This document shows positions 1-14,548 of a stretch of 64,000 nt of DNA, piece after piece (position 1 is the first letter of the stretch; each line of letters opens with the position of its first letter). The stretch lies in assembly GCA_964016885.1 (NCBI GenBank), contig OZ024743.1, positions 341,868,001 through 341,932,000 on the forward strand, in the 5' to 3' direction. A program made the translations under genes and the position numbers. Below the pieces are notes generated by a model. That model saw only the letters and a list, made by a program, of their open reading frames with translations, did no database searches and had not been told where the DNA came from. This DNA is from Eledone cirrhosa. Its lineage: Eukaryota.

Positions 1-289
1 CGACGAAGAGACGGATATTCAGGTCTTTTCGAAGGTCCGACTTCCACACCAACCTCACACGCCGCCCAGGCTTTGCTTTTCCTCTCCATCTCATCATCCT
101 CTGTGTTCCGAATCTTTGCTCCCAGATATAGGAAGCCTTCAACCAACTCTAACGTTTTCCCTCCTACATTTGTAAGCTTCTCTGGCTTTTTAATGTTCTC
201 TTCGTCTTACTCTCATGCATTCTCAACCCAGCACTCATCGACACAGTCTCCACCTCCTGCATTAACTCCTCTGCCTCCTTCACTATGTT

Positions 290-545
290 AGTCACTAGGG
301 TGTCTCTGAATATTAATGAGTATACACTGAGGATGAAGAACTCAGTACTCCAAAAAGTCTGCTCGAAAGTAACACAGAGAATATTGAGTTTAGCTGGACA
401 TGTTCACCGACATTCAGAGTTGACACTGCACTCAGTGCTCCTGTCGGAGCCTCTACACGGACATACTAGAAAAGAGAGATCGAGGATGATATCTATATAT
501 TGATTCCCTTAGAACAGACTCTGCGGCGATGATGAATGACAGAGA
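290..545 (+). mobile_element. RTE-like LINE, 3' RT tail fragment
   Basis: ORF 285-503 reads LSLAGHVHRH..VLLSEPLHG..R, like the post-RT C-terminus of RTE-group LINEs. Confidence 0.55.
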
Positions 546-782
546 CCGTAATTTTTTTCCATTCTTTTGCGTTTCTTCCTTTAATTCTGCCCTATCTATC
601 GATTTCTTCTTTAACTTTTCATTCTATCTTCTAATGAAGGACTAGCACGCAAAATGTTAAGATTATTTTCCTACTGTATCATGCGTTAAACTAATATATA
701 TATATTCAGTGTGCTATTGGTGATTTCCTTTTATTTTTGCATACACTTACATACGCATTCTCACACACACACATACACACAC

Positions 783-818
<36 letters not shown>

Positions 819-909
819 AAATATCTATGATCGTCGGCAAATCACTGATGAGGGACTCATTTTATTACATGTTATCCATGCGCTACCTGCAGTATTTTTC
901 TCCATATTT

Positions 910-979
<70 letters not shown>

Positions 980-985
<6 letters not shown>

Positions 986-1682
986 GACGTAAAATAAGAA
1001 AATTTTAAAATTTTAAATTTTAAAATTTTCTTATTTTACGTCTTTCATATAATTGTTCTGCATCCCCTTGCATAGAACCACAAAGTTACTAAGACATAAC
1101 ATATATATTTGCTAGCATAGGTATACATCTGTATATATATGTTGGTAGATATACTAATTCTTTATATTTATCTCCAAATTATTTGTTGAGCAAAACCTGC
1201 CGAAATTACTGCTATGGTTCATGGTAGTAGTTAGGCTCTTGTCTTATTACCACCCACTGATTAACCTCAGTGTCACGTGATTGATTCTTTAGAATTTGCC
1301 ACTGAGCTAGTAGGCAGTGAATTTTTTCAATGTCCAGGAATTTACTCCCCGCTCGCTATTTTCCATCCACTGAATTATTTTTATATGAGTTCCTTGTGTC
1401 CACGCATTGCCTGGGAACTTAGCTGAGAATAGACTCCCGGAAGACGTAAGGATTTCTCTATGGTTGCGTTGCATAACCATATTTATTCCCTTACAGAAAC
1501 TAATTAGTTGGAGTGAAAATTTTAGTAAGTTAATTTTAAAAATTTTCTTATTTTACGTCTTTCATATAATTGTTCTGCATCCCCTTGCATAGAACCACAA
1601 AGTTACTAAGACATAACATATATATTTGCTAGCATAGGTATACATCTGTATACATATGTTGGTAGATATACTAATTCTTTAT
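980..1682 (+). mobile_element. Terminally redundant non-autonomous element (period 517 nt) with short 5' inversion and one HHR
   Basis: 1024-1166 repeated at 1541-1682; palindrome 980-1049; (TA)n on both sides. Confidence 0.75.
1433..1514 (+). ncRNA. Type I hammerhead variant (U4->G)
   Basis: stem I actcc/ggagt; core cggaaga; stem II gtaagg..ccttac; gaa + palindromic actaattagt; GUU site. Confidence 0.65.
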
Positions 1683-1787
1683 ATATATATATATATATAT
1701 GGAAAGTTATATTTAAATTGTTGGGTTAACAATGAGTAAATATTTATAACTGATATAAAAGCACTCAACAAGTATTTGGAGTATATT

Positions 1788-2085
1788 TATGATATTAAAT
1801 AAATGGAAACTATATTTATAAAACCATATTTATTTCATTATATATATTTCAGGGATATCATATTAACAATATGTTATGCCTTCATCAGACAAAATACAAT
1901 ATAAACAGTCTTATAAATAAATAGATATGACATACCTTTCAATCGACTTGCATTTGGGAAGTTGATAAGACTGTTTATATTGTATTTTGTCTGATGAAGG
2001 CATAACATATTGTTAATATGATATCCCTGAAATATATATAATGAAATAAATATGGTTTTATAAATATAGTTTCCATTTATTTAAT

Positions 2086-2091
<6 letters not shown>
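1788..2091. repeat. Perfect inverted repeat (127-bp arms, 50-bp spacer), one HHR per arm
   Basis: 1788-1914 is the reverse complement of 1965-2091. Confidence 0.95.
1983..2048 (+). ncRNA. Type I hammerhead (mirror copy 1831-1896 on -)
   Basis: tattttgt-ctgatga-stem II-gaa-atatatat-a-atgaaata. Confidence 0.8.
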
Positions 2092-2118
<27 letters not shown>

Positions 2119-2124
<6 letters not shown>

Positions 2125-2365
2125 ATAGAGGTGTAACACACGAGTTGTGATATATTGGTAAAAGGAAAAGAAAATGCTGTTTGCTCTAATCTGATCAGTT
2201 TTGGAAATTCCACCTGTTTTATGTGAAAAAAGTGGCTCCAGACGTACTAAAATAAGTTTCGCGCCAATGCGTGTTGCAAAAATTCTTGTGGTCAAAACAA
2301 TTTTGATTGGTTGGTAGAGGTCACGTGAATGTTAAAAATTGATTTTACGCCAAATGTAGGTTTGT
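2119..2365 (+). repeat. Dispersed repeat, internally deleted copy of 42690-43087 (opposite strand)
   Basis: shared ttcttgtggtcaaaacaattttgattggt and flanks. Confidence 0.8.
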
Positions 2366-2555
2366 CGAAGAGTGTCTTTTTTCGCCTGATTGAGAAGTCA
2401 CTGAAAAATATGTCTTTTAAGACAAATATCTGTGTGTGTGTGTGTGTGTGTGTGTGTAGTAAAGAGGTTCTTTGTTGTGATAGCGGTCAGTAGGAATGTG
2501 TGTGTAAATTGCAGTCATGTTGACAGGTCAACAGTTCAGGTGTTTATTTAGACAA

Positions 2556-2659
<104 letters not shown>

Positions 2660-2864
2660 CAGAGTAATTCGAGGTAGAGGGATCGGTCAGTAGGAATGTG
2701 TCTGTACGTGTGTGGGGGATATTTTAACATGGTGAAAGCTATTTTTCAGCTCTTGTCGTATACGGAGAAGTGTGTGTGTGTGTGTGTGTATATATGTCTC
2801 TTTGTATGTTAGTGTACGCGTGTGTATGTGTGTGTGTATATATGTGTGTGTGTATATGTATGTA

Positions 2865-2903
<39 letters not shown>

Positions 2904-3349
2904 GGGTGGACCAGTATTTTTGTGATACTGGTAAAAATGGTGTACATTATTCGATATTTTCAGCAAAAACGATTCTCTCAAGAGAACATCAAAAACATTA
3001 ATAATAAAAGGTGTGAAATGATATATTGTATTCTCATAACACCAGGCGTGTGTGAGTGTCCAGATTGTACGTACTGCAATGGGAATCCATTAGGCCCTGC
3101 CGTATTGGAATACTTGTGTACAAATATGTATGTGGCCATCAGTGTGCAATGCATGTGTGCGTATATGTATGTGTGTGTGTCGGCACGTTTATATCTATAG
3201 ACATCAAAAGGTATGCACATTTGTGTATATTTGTGTTGCACCATAGAACATGTGTGTTTACGTATGTCATTGTGTTTATATGTGGATAGAGATGTATGTA
3301 TGATGTATGCTGATGTAGGTATGTAAGTTGGCGTGTGTATGTTGTGGAT

Positions 3350-5150
3350 TCGTCTTAGGGAGAAGTGTTTAGACAGCGTCCGTATTTGTTAATAAAGTGA
3401 GATTACTTGCTGATGCGCTGGATGTGGGTGGCATTATCTTTAAATTTGTAGAGGGGAAAGATTCTGAAGTTGGGATGATTTTGGGCGGCACAGGTATCAA
3501 TGTGTTCACTCAGTGGTATTTTCCTGTATTCCCGTATTTTAATTTGGGATCTATGGACAGTCATGTGTTGGCGGTGGCTGTTTTTGGTCTGGCCTATGTA
3601 TTGTTTTCGACAAACTGAGCAAGTTAATACATATATTAGATTTTCTGATGCGCATGTGAAATTGTGTTTTACTATAAAACGTTGTCCTTCTTTGAAATAT
3701 AATTCCGAACCCTCTATTAGGTTGATGCATATGCCACAGTTGGGTCTATCGCATTTTTTTACTGTGGGTTTTGTTGTTGCGTTTGGCAGTACTTGGGCAT
3801 GTGTTGGGATGTTTTTCATTGACTTGGATTGTCTTTTACTCTTTATGATATAGTGTATTCGAAGGATTTGGTTCATTCCATGTCGTTTTGTAACACAGGG
3901 ATGTTCTGGAGGATGGTGTCAAAGGCCTCATTGTTGAGGGGTTGTGTGTGGAGATGTATGGAAGAGCTTTTAGTTTCGGTTGATTTACTTTAGCGTGTCT
4001 AAGGTCCTGGGTACTGAGTTTTAGGGCACGTTGGATTCCATTGTCAATTGGGAATGCAGAGTAGTCCCTGCCTATGAGTGTGTCCTTTAGTTCTTGTAGC
4101 CGTAAGTAACAGGTGTTTTTTTATTGGAGACTATAGTACAGATTCTCTTGGCTAAGTTGTAGGGAATATTAATTTTAACGTGTCTAGGGTGGCAAGAGTT
4201 GAAAGGAAGATAATGCTTGGAGTCTGTGGGCTTGTATTATATGTCTGTTTCTATTTTTTTGTTATGAATCTTAATGAGGATGTCGAGGAAGGGGAGTTGT
4301 TGATGGCTGTATTCCATCGTAAAGTTTATATTCGTGTTGAGCCCATTTATAAGGGTGTGAAATTCTTTAATTTTCTCGATGTTTTCGTGCCAAAGGATGA
4401 AGCAGTCATCTAGATATCGCTTCCAGTTCCATTCTATGTGTAAGTGGAGAGTGTTTCCAAATTTGTTTAGTACTTTAGTGTAGAGGGTGATTTCCAGGTA
4501 TCCCATGACTAGGTTGGTATAAGTGGGGGCTGTTTTCGTTCCCATAGCGGTCCCAGATTTCTGCCTGTAGGATTTGTTATTGAAAACGAAGTAATTGTTC
4601 TCCAAGATAAATTTGAGTCCTTCTATCACGAATTTTTTTTGATGCGTTGTGGGAGTTCATTTTGGTAATTATCCAGCCAGAATTGCATAGCTTCTATTCC
4701 TAGGTTGTGGGGGATGTTGGAATATAGGTTGACTACATCGAACGTCACTAGTAGGGTTTGTTGAGAAAGGGGAATATTAGGGAGGTGATTGAGCATATCT
4801 AGGTCGTCCCTTATATAGCTTTTGATGTGTTTGAGAAAAGGCTTGAGAAGGGTATCAATGAAGTTGCTAAGGCGGTGGGTTTCGCAAGCGGGGCCTGCTA
4901 TTATATGTCTTAATTTGAGATCATTGGGTGAGGGGACATTGATGACTATGTCTGTGGCTTCCTTGCATGCCTTACTTATTAATTCGCTTTTATGTACTTT
5001 AGGGATACCGTAGAAAAGGCTGGATTTAATTGTGAAGCCTGTGATGAAGCTGAATTCCTTGTTAGTGAGCCCTTCTTTGTATTGGTTGATCAGAGTTTTT
5101 AGGTTTCTCATAATTTTCTGTTGATTGTAGTGTTCCGCCTTTTACCAATT
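3350..5150 (-). mobile_element. Penelope-like element (Neptune-type), frameshifted RT + GIY-YIG endonuclease
   Basis: GTAMGTKTAPTY and RYLDD (4237-4629); LLVTFDVVNLYSNI (4626-5111); CDRPNCGIC and LIYVLTC..QYIGQT (3403-3876). Confidence 0.92.
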
Positions 5151-5399
5151 CATATATATATATATATATATATTGATATTGTTATATATTTATATTATTA
5201 ATCTATTTATCTATCAATTGTTTTACTAAAAAATATTGACTTCGTACACAAGTCACGATGGATATTTTGACCTACCCTATTTCGTCTGTATATTGCTATA
5301 TTCAATCTCTGAAACCTACGGGTTTTTTGACATTCGGCCTTTTCTTGAAATGAAGAGACCATTCCGGAACAGCACCAAACCCTCCAGACAAAACAAAAC

Positions 5400-6180
5400 C
5401 TTTGGTTACACAACTGAAACCAACACAAGAACTCCCTTAATTCAAAAAGTTACCAGAAAGACTATAGACTCACAAAGGAATCCAAACATATTTCTTCCAG
5501 GTATATTCTTAATTTTTCACTTACCAACGTCTTTTCTTATTTCTGGATTTGACAATTCAACTGCATCTTCCACCAAGGTTCTACTTTTCTCGAGTGATTT
5601 CCTTTGCCTTCATACCAAGCGATGTTTTCATCACATTTGCGGCTGCTTTGAGGATATTGTTGCATTATTGACGATTACCCTCTTCATGGTATAGAACGAA
5701 CCTGTCAACCATACCTGTAATTACTTTTAAATTTTTTGTGTCTAGAAATCTTCGATTCATAGGTTTTCCACTATAATTATTCATTCCATCCATCTTTAAA
5801 TTCAGAATATCTAAAGAATATTGCCCTAACCCGTCAGTCTTCATTTTCTCAATAGCCGTATGTTTACTCAATATGTTATTTATCCTAGCCATTAGATCAT
5901 TTTCCTTTTCGGTTACTTCCTCAGCTCTCACAACCACTTCACCCTCATTTTCTACTGGCTCAAAAGCCGGATTCGGTCCTCTTGCTACAGGCTCCTTTGC
6001 CTGATCAACTCCACTTTTCATTTCCAACTTAATCACTCTACTCAGTCCCTCCAATTCATAATTTTAGATACAGGAAATGGAAGTGAGGATAGAATATTTG
6101 GTATAACCTTAGATACCACTTCACATAACACCGGCATGTAGTTCTGAAAAAATCCATCTTGGGGCTGGCTTGTCTCCATC
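5400..6180 (-). mobile_element. R4/Dong-like non-LTR element, N-terminal remnant
   Basis: minus frames read CNNILKAAANV.. EPWWK..QI..IRKDVGK, resembling the pre-RT region of R4-clade ORFs. Confidence 0.45.
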
Positions 6181-6350
6181 ATATATATATATATATATAG
6201 GTCTTGGGCCGGGCAGAAGAGATAATTGCATCAATGCTCCTCAATCTAACGTTGTGTGTCCATGATCCACATCAAGGTAATTGCCACCTTGTTGGGTTTC
6301 GAGGCCTCATCGGACAGTCACATATATACAAGAAACATTTGAAAGCGTTT

Positions 6351-6473
6351 AGCTATGAATTTTAAAGGTGGTGGCTAGCGCCACCTACCGGGTTCCAGTA
6401 GAGGCAAGAGGGAAGTCACCGACAACGGTTTCTGGATTGTGGCGCCAACCACCCACCTTTACAATTCATAGCT
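6351..6473. repeat. Small foldback/MITE-like hairpin
   Basis: agctatgaattttaaaggtgg..gcgccac pairs with gtggcgc..ccacctttacaattcatagct. Confidence 0.6.
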
Positions 6474-7288
6474 TTTCGTAAGTTTTTCGTAAATATATTT
6501 TATATTATTTGATATGAATACTTAACATACATGTATGCTGGAACGAACAAATATATATGCTTGATTTTATGATGTGAACAGGGAAATATGTATACCGTCA
6601 GCTATACCTACATGAAAGCTTTCCTGATTGCATTAACATCCCTTTTATATCTTTGTTACATTAGTATTGATGTATCATATGCGCTTGCATTCCCACTTTT
6701 CTACCGATATGTTTCTTCCTACACGTATGTTTTCTTAAAGATATTTGTATATTGCTGTCCATAAGTACTCATTGAAACGCACGTATGTATTTATGTTTGT
6801 ATTTATATGGATGCTCCCAAATCTACTGGTGTATTTCTAACTATTCATATATATATATATATATATACGTGTGTGTGAGTATGTGTGTGTGTGAGTGTGT
6901 GTGTGTATGCGTGTGCGTGTGTGTATTGGGTGAGTCTGTATGTCTGTGTGTTTTATGTGTGTATTTATTATGCGTACGTTTTCAATCCTGCTTCTTTATG
7001 TATCTATGACTATCATTACATTTAGGATTTATACTGTGTCTGTTCGTGCATATATATATATATGTTTGTAACCACAACAGAACCGAACTATGAACACTTA
7101 TTCATAATATACCAACCTTCAGTCCTCACCTTTCACATGCACCCACCTACTCTACCACTTAAGTTTCTCAAATCATTGTTTCCTTCATAAGCCGTATATA
7201 ATTCCATTTATTCACAGATGCACTAACACACGTTCTCTCCCTGCCAAGATACACATACTCATTTATATATGTGTGTATGTATGTGTGT

Positions 7289-7319
<31 letters not shown>

Positions 7320-7400
7320 ACAAAGGAATTGTGGTAAGGAACCAGATGGACGATAACGCACCAGAGTACTCAATACTTAGGGTAGTAGAGTAGGAAATAG

Positions 7401-7855
7401 GAAATGAATTTTCGTTTCATTTTTTCAGTCTATCGTTTTCGTTACCCCGGCCGATTAACTCACTCGATATGCAAATTAGGCTGCTCAGCTGTTAATATGC
7501 ATAAGGAAAGTATATACTTTCAGAGGTTCAATCATCTGGCAGGAAGGTATACGTTGCTGACGATCGCTAATAAGCTTGAAACTAGTACAGCGTTCCTTTT
7601 TCAGCGTTGAACAAATGAGCAACGATGGTTGCTAGACACTGTACGGCTTAATTCGGGATGTCTGTTCACAAACACACCGAACATTATAATAAATGTTCAG
7701 TGAATCCAGACGTACATATATATATGTGTGTATGTATGTATATATATATACATACTACTGTACGTCTGTACACATATATGTATGTAGGTATACATACTTA
7801 TATTTAAGTAACAGCCGTACTAAGAGTGAGAAATGAAATTTCGTTTCATTTTTTC
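7401..7855 (+). mobile_element. 429-nt terminally redundant HHR element (retrozyme-like); relatives at 33230-33540 and 44230-44660 (-)
   Basis: gaaatgaa(t/a)tttcgtttcatttttt at 7401 and 7830; central HHR. Confidence 0.75.
7551..7593 (+). ncRNA. Minimal type I hammerhead
   Basis: acgttg-ctgacga-(gct aata agc)-gaa-actagt-a-cagcgt; GUA site. Confidence 0.85.
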
Positions 7856-7996
7856 CGTTTATATATATATATATATATATACATAAACACACACATACCA
7901 CAATACATGTTTTTCTCCCCCCCCCCAGCACGTGTACATACACACACACACACACCCAGACTCGCACATATATTCTTACACATCTTCACACATAAA

Positions 7997-8096
7997 ATAA
8001 TTGTTTCTACTTTAGGCACAAGGCCAGCAATTACCCAGTACATTACTGGTACTTTATTTTATCGACCTCGTAAGGATAAAAGGGAAAGTTAACCTC
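7997..8096 (-). mobile_element. tRNA-SINE family 1, 3' fragment
   Basis: matches 3' part of 49541-49730. Confidence 0.85.
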
Positions 8097-8663
8097 ACAG
8101 AAAATAAGTACAGAAAATACATGTAAGAAAGGCATATAAGGATACACGTTGCATGCAGACGGAGTTGATATCATTCTGCCAACGTGGATAAATCTGCATA
8201 TAGACACCTCAAGCAACGTTACATATGGGGAGTTCATGGTATTAACGTAAAGGGTATCCCCAGGCCGTATATAGTAGATGCATGCATGATATATAAAAGA
8301 ATGCATGCAGAATATATAAAAAAATATATAAAAAAATATATATAAAACATGTATTAAAAATCTATAAATAAAAAGATATATAACAAAATATATATATATT
8401 TTTTAAAATATGTATATTAAAAAATATATATATATATTAAAAAAATATATACATCTGAATTATATAAGAAAAGTATACAAAGATATACATTGGTCTGTAC
8501 ATGGAAAAATACATGGGCTGTTACGTAATGGAGTGCGTGGAGAATATGCACATACCACTGAAAAGATACATAAGCAGGGAGTGCGTGAACAGTCCATAAA
8601 GGAGCATGTCACTGTGGGTGATATAGAGTGCCTTATATATATATATATGTATATATATACATG

Positions 8664-8721
<58 letters not shown>

Positions 8722-9564
8722 CACTTCGTCAAACTTTCATTGTCAATAAAAAATATGCCCGTTCTGACTTCAATGGGATTTGAACAGAAAACCTAAACGA
8801 ATACAACTAATTCGCTGACTATATTCAATTACATTTATTCAAATAGCCACATTTTTTTAAACTTCTCTTTTACTCTCCAATATGTCATTTTCATTATTCA
8901 TTCATATGACCTATCCACCTATCCTCTCTTCATTTGGTCACCATTTCTCGTGTATGCCAAATTGTTCTGACATATGAGTACTTATCATCGATTCACCATT
9001 TAATTGCTATGAAGACCTGCGGCTATTCCAGAATTACGTCTAAATACAAATGAATTTCCAATTTTGTCAGCGCCCTCCTACCACGTTACTTACACAACCA
9101 CACATAAATCCACGCATTCACGCATAAACACACAACTGCGTGGACTAACATATAAAGCACATTCACGCAGATACATACTCTCCTTAGGGCATCTCCTTCT
9201 TCCTCTACAAATCTCACGCAGACAATCATGTAATTACATAAAGCTAACACACATGTTCCATAAACTAAATATAAAGATGAAAAATGAGAAGTTAAGAAAC
9301 AAATATCCCCTTACTACACAATCCACACAAAACATATTGCAAAAACTCTATATATTATTGCAAGTTTAACAACTGTAACTGGTCGAAATTACACATTCCA
9401 GACAGGAATCCACTTGTCACTGTGAAGCACTGGCACTTGCAATTACCACAAAATTATCTTTCTCTAGAAATAAGTCGTATAATGTTATCACCGTTCTAGA
9501 ACTTGTAAAACTCATTACAGCATACACAACTTCTTTCTCACATACAAGCACGCACAAACACACG

Positions 9565-9614
<50 letters not shown>

Positions 9615-9647
9615 CATACATACATAAATACATACATACGTACATTC

Positions 9648-9683
<36 letters not shown>

Positions 9684-9817
9684 GTAGATAAATCTACCAA
9701 GAGTTTACGGTAGTGTCCAATCCGTATGAAGAACTCAATGTATTCCGGATATCATGGAAAGAAGAGATGCAATGAAAAATCACTTTCGGTGAAAGATAAA
9801 CGGAATACAGAGTCAAG

Positions 9818-10640
9818 ATAAAATATTAAACAAATAATGAATAAAACAATGAAACAGTTCCTTATATTAAACAAAAAAAGTTCATTATTTAACGATCGTT
9901 TCTAGGATATATATGTGTTAGAATTGGCATGCATATTCAACAGATCTATGTACAAAATTATACAAAATTATACAAACTATCAAGATTAAATATACATACC
10001 AAACACACATATATGCCGTCTTCAGAAATAATGAAATATATTTATTGATAATAACAACAATTCAAAATTTCAGGTCCGTTTGGGAACGGAGTTCAAATTG
10101 ACCAATGAAAATACAAAAAATGTTTATGCAGTTTGGTGTGTGTATATACATGTAATTAACTTCGTACACATATTTATACAAAGATATATGCTCAACATGC
10201 ATACGCATGCCAAAAAGATGTATGCAAATACAAAAATTCAAGGCTAATGTCTCTGTAAGTTTATAATCCACAGATAAAATGCGTATAGACACATAAATAT
10301 GAAATAAGTGTATACACATATTCACATACTCAACACATATCCGTACACTCACACACACACGCGCGTATATGCATAAACATACACATAATTACGAACATAC
10401 ATACACACACACACCCCCACACACATATATATGTGGATATAATATTATCATAAGCACATGGATATCAATGCACGCACATAACCACTGCCACACACATTTA
10501 GATCAAGATACAGAAATTAGGTGGGAGGGGGGGAGAGGTCAGTATTCAACGGTTTCGGCAGACTGCTTATTTATAGATGTATCTATAAACTTAGAAATAA
10601 AAAGAAAAGAAAAGAAAAAGAAAAAAAGAAATATATCAAG

Positions 10641-10702
<62 letters not shown>

Positions 10703-12841
10703 TACACATACAAACAACACATACACACACACATATATAAACATATACATATATACATACACACATATACACACATACATATATATATATATACACACAT
10801 ATATACACATATATACACACACATATATACACACACATATATACACATACACGCACATATACATACACATACATACTTATATACATATAGACATACACAT
10901 ACATACATATATATACACACATATACATACAGACATACATACATACATACACACATACAGACATACATACACACACATACATACTCATACATAGACATAG
11001 ATATATATTCACACACACATACGCACTTACATATACGCATATATACAAATACTTACGCATCCATATATCCGTATATACATACAAACACCACTACACTCTC
11101 ACACAACTCAGACATACAAAGAAAAAGGTATATACATATACACATATACACATACAAATAGAGATACATATACACATATATATATATATACATATATATA
11201 TATACACATATATATACATATATATATATATACATATACATACATGTACACACACATACACATACATACATACACACATACACACATACATATATAGTCA
11301 CACACACACACACACCTACACATACATACACATACACATATATAAAGATATATATACACACACATACACACACACACATATATAATAAACATATATATAT
11401 ATATATATATACACATATATATATATATACACATATACATACACATATACATACATACATACACATACATACATACATATACACACATATATATATACAC
11501 ACATACACACATACATACATACACACACACATACATACACACACATACATACTCATACATAGACATAGATATATATTCACACACACATACGCACTTACAT
11601 ATACGCATATATACAAATACATACGCATCCATATATGCGTATATACATACAAACACCACTACACTCTCACACAACTCAGACATACAAAGAAAAAGGTATA
11701 TACATATACATATATACACACATAAATAGAGATACATATACACATATATATATATATACATACATATATATATATATACCCATACACACATACAACCATA
11801 AACACACATACAAACACATACAAACACATTTATTAAAATTCCTTTACAGATAAAATATAACAAAATATCGTGTATTCAATGACAGAGAAATAATTTTTAG
11901 TATTATAGACCTAATTAATATACATTTTAGAAATATATTTATAATTTGGTTTTAAATTTAGTCAACCTAAAAATTTAATTTAATTGGCTTAAAATTAGTA
12001 TCCTAATACAGACGGATTGCAGAGTGTCATGTAATCATAGAATGGGATGTGTTTTGGATGTATACCTAGTTAATATATTCTTTGCAATTTTTGAAAAAAT
12101 ATGTATATGTATGTATGTATATGTATGTGTATGTATGTATATATATGTGTATATATATATATGTGTATGTATATGTATATGTATATGTATTAATTTTGAT
12201 TTTCTATTTGCATATAATTATATTCTGCTATTGATAAAATACAATATCTGTTTTATTTATTATATACCTAATTAACATATACTATAGAAATTAATATATA
12301 ATTTTTAATTTAGTTAACCTATAATTTTATATTCTACTACCGATGTAATACTTTATTTGTTTTTTCCCTATTACTAAATTCATTTCCTAATATTGATACC
12401 ATAACGTTAATAATTTTAATTTAGTTATACTATAATTAATACTCTACTACTATTTAACTTCAAAATTCTGCTTCAAATATCATAAACCTAACTAATTTAC
12501 ACCTTAGAAATCAATATGTTAACTATCTTTAGTTTAGTTAACCTATAATTAATGGTATACTTATTTTGAAATGCATAATTTTGCCTTATTTCTTGCATTT
12601 CCTAACACTGAAACTATGTAAAAACATATATTGGGATCCAAATACAGATTAATATTCTATGTTTCTTGAAACATATATTTACTATAATCCCCTTCTCCAC
12701 CCCCCTTTCCCCCATACTATTATCATCTGTATTTGTAAGCGTGTATGTATGAATATATATGTAGGTAGGTGTATATATGTTTGGGTGTTTATATCTGAGT
12801 ATAAAAATACATATATGCGCATGCAAATAAAAATGTATGAT

Positions 12842-12905
<64 letters not shown>

Positions 12906-13994
12906 TGTAAATATATATATATGTATATATATGTATATATATGTATATGTGTATGTGTGTGTGTGCGTGTATGTGTGTGTATATATATGTGTGTATGTAT
13001 GTGTGTGTATATATGTGTATGTATATGTATGTCTCTCTATATATATGTGTATCTTCGTATCTATGTGGGTATATGTGTGTATGTACATGTATGCACATGT
13101 ATATGTTTATGTGTATATGTATGTATGTGTATATATGTACGTGTGCGCACATATATATGTGAGTGTGTGTGTGTGTGTGTATATATATATATGTGTATGT
13201 CTATGTATATATGTATTTGTACGTGTATATATATATATTATTTATTATTATAATATAACTTATGTGTATATATATATATGTGAGGGTGTGTATATGTATA
13301 TATATATATATATATATGTAAATATATATGTGTATGTGTGTTTTTGTGTGTGTGTATATATATGTATATATGTGTGTATGTATGTGTTTGTATGTGTGTT
13401 TATGGTTGTATGTGTGTATGGGTATATATATATATATGTATGTATATATATATATATGTGTATATGTATCTCTATTTATGTGTGTATATATGTATATGTA
13501 TATACCTTTTTCTTTGTATGTCTGAGTTGTGTGAGAGTGTAGTGGTGTTTGTATGTATATACGCATATATGGATGCGTATGTATTTGTATATATGCGTAT
13601 ATGTAAGTGCGTATGTGTGTGTGAATATATATCTATGTCTATGTATGAGTATGTATGTGTGTGTATGTATGTGTGTGTGTATGTATGTATGTGTGTATGT
13701 GTGTATATATATATGTGTGTATATGTATGTATGTATGTGTATGTATGTATGTATATGTGTATGTATATGTGTATATATATATATGTGTATATATATATAT
13801 ATATATATGTTTATTATATATGTGTGTGTGTGTATGTGTGTGTATATATATCTTTATATATGTGTATGTGTATGTATGTGTAGGTGTGTGTGTGTGTGTG
13901 ACTATATATGTATGTGTGTATGTGTGTATGTATGTATGTGTATGTGTGTGTACATGTATGTATATGTATATATATATATATGTATATATATGTG

Positions 13995-14025
<31 letters not shown>

Positions 14026-14498
14026 GTGTATATGTATCTCTATTTGTATGTGTATATGTGTATATGTATATACCTTTTTCTTTGTATGTCTGAGTTGTGT
14101 GAGAGTGTAGTGGTGTTTGTATGTATATACGGATATATGGATGCGTAAGTATTTGTATATATGCGTATATGTAAGTGCGTATGTGTGTGTGAATATATAT
14201 CTATGTCTATGTATGAGTATGTATGTGTGTGTATGTATGTCTGTATGTGTGTATGTATGTATGTATGTCTGTATGTATATGTGTGTATATATATGTATGT
14301 ATGTGTATGTCTATATGTATATAAGTATGTATGTGTATGTATATGTGCGTGTATGTGTATATATGTGTGTGTATATATGTGTGTGTATATATGTGTATAT
14401 ATGTGTGTATATATATATATATGTATGTGTGTATATGTGTGTATGTATATATGTATATGTTTATATATGTGTGTGTGTATGTGTTGTTTGTATGTGTA

Positions 14499-14548
<50 letters not shown>

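Noticed and set aside
845-890. ctgatga motifs here and at 39841 and 51696(-)
   Set aside because: No downstream GAAA or stem III; truncated or chance matches
5250-5330. gaaacctacgggtt with upstream stem
   Set aside because: 5' core missing; at most a deleted HHR remnant
6281-6320. Minus-strand ccgatga-ggcctc-gaaacc
   Set aside because: Stem II nearly absent and the cleavage position is G
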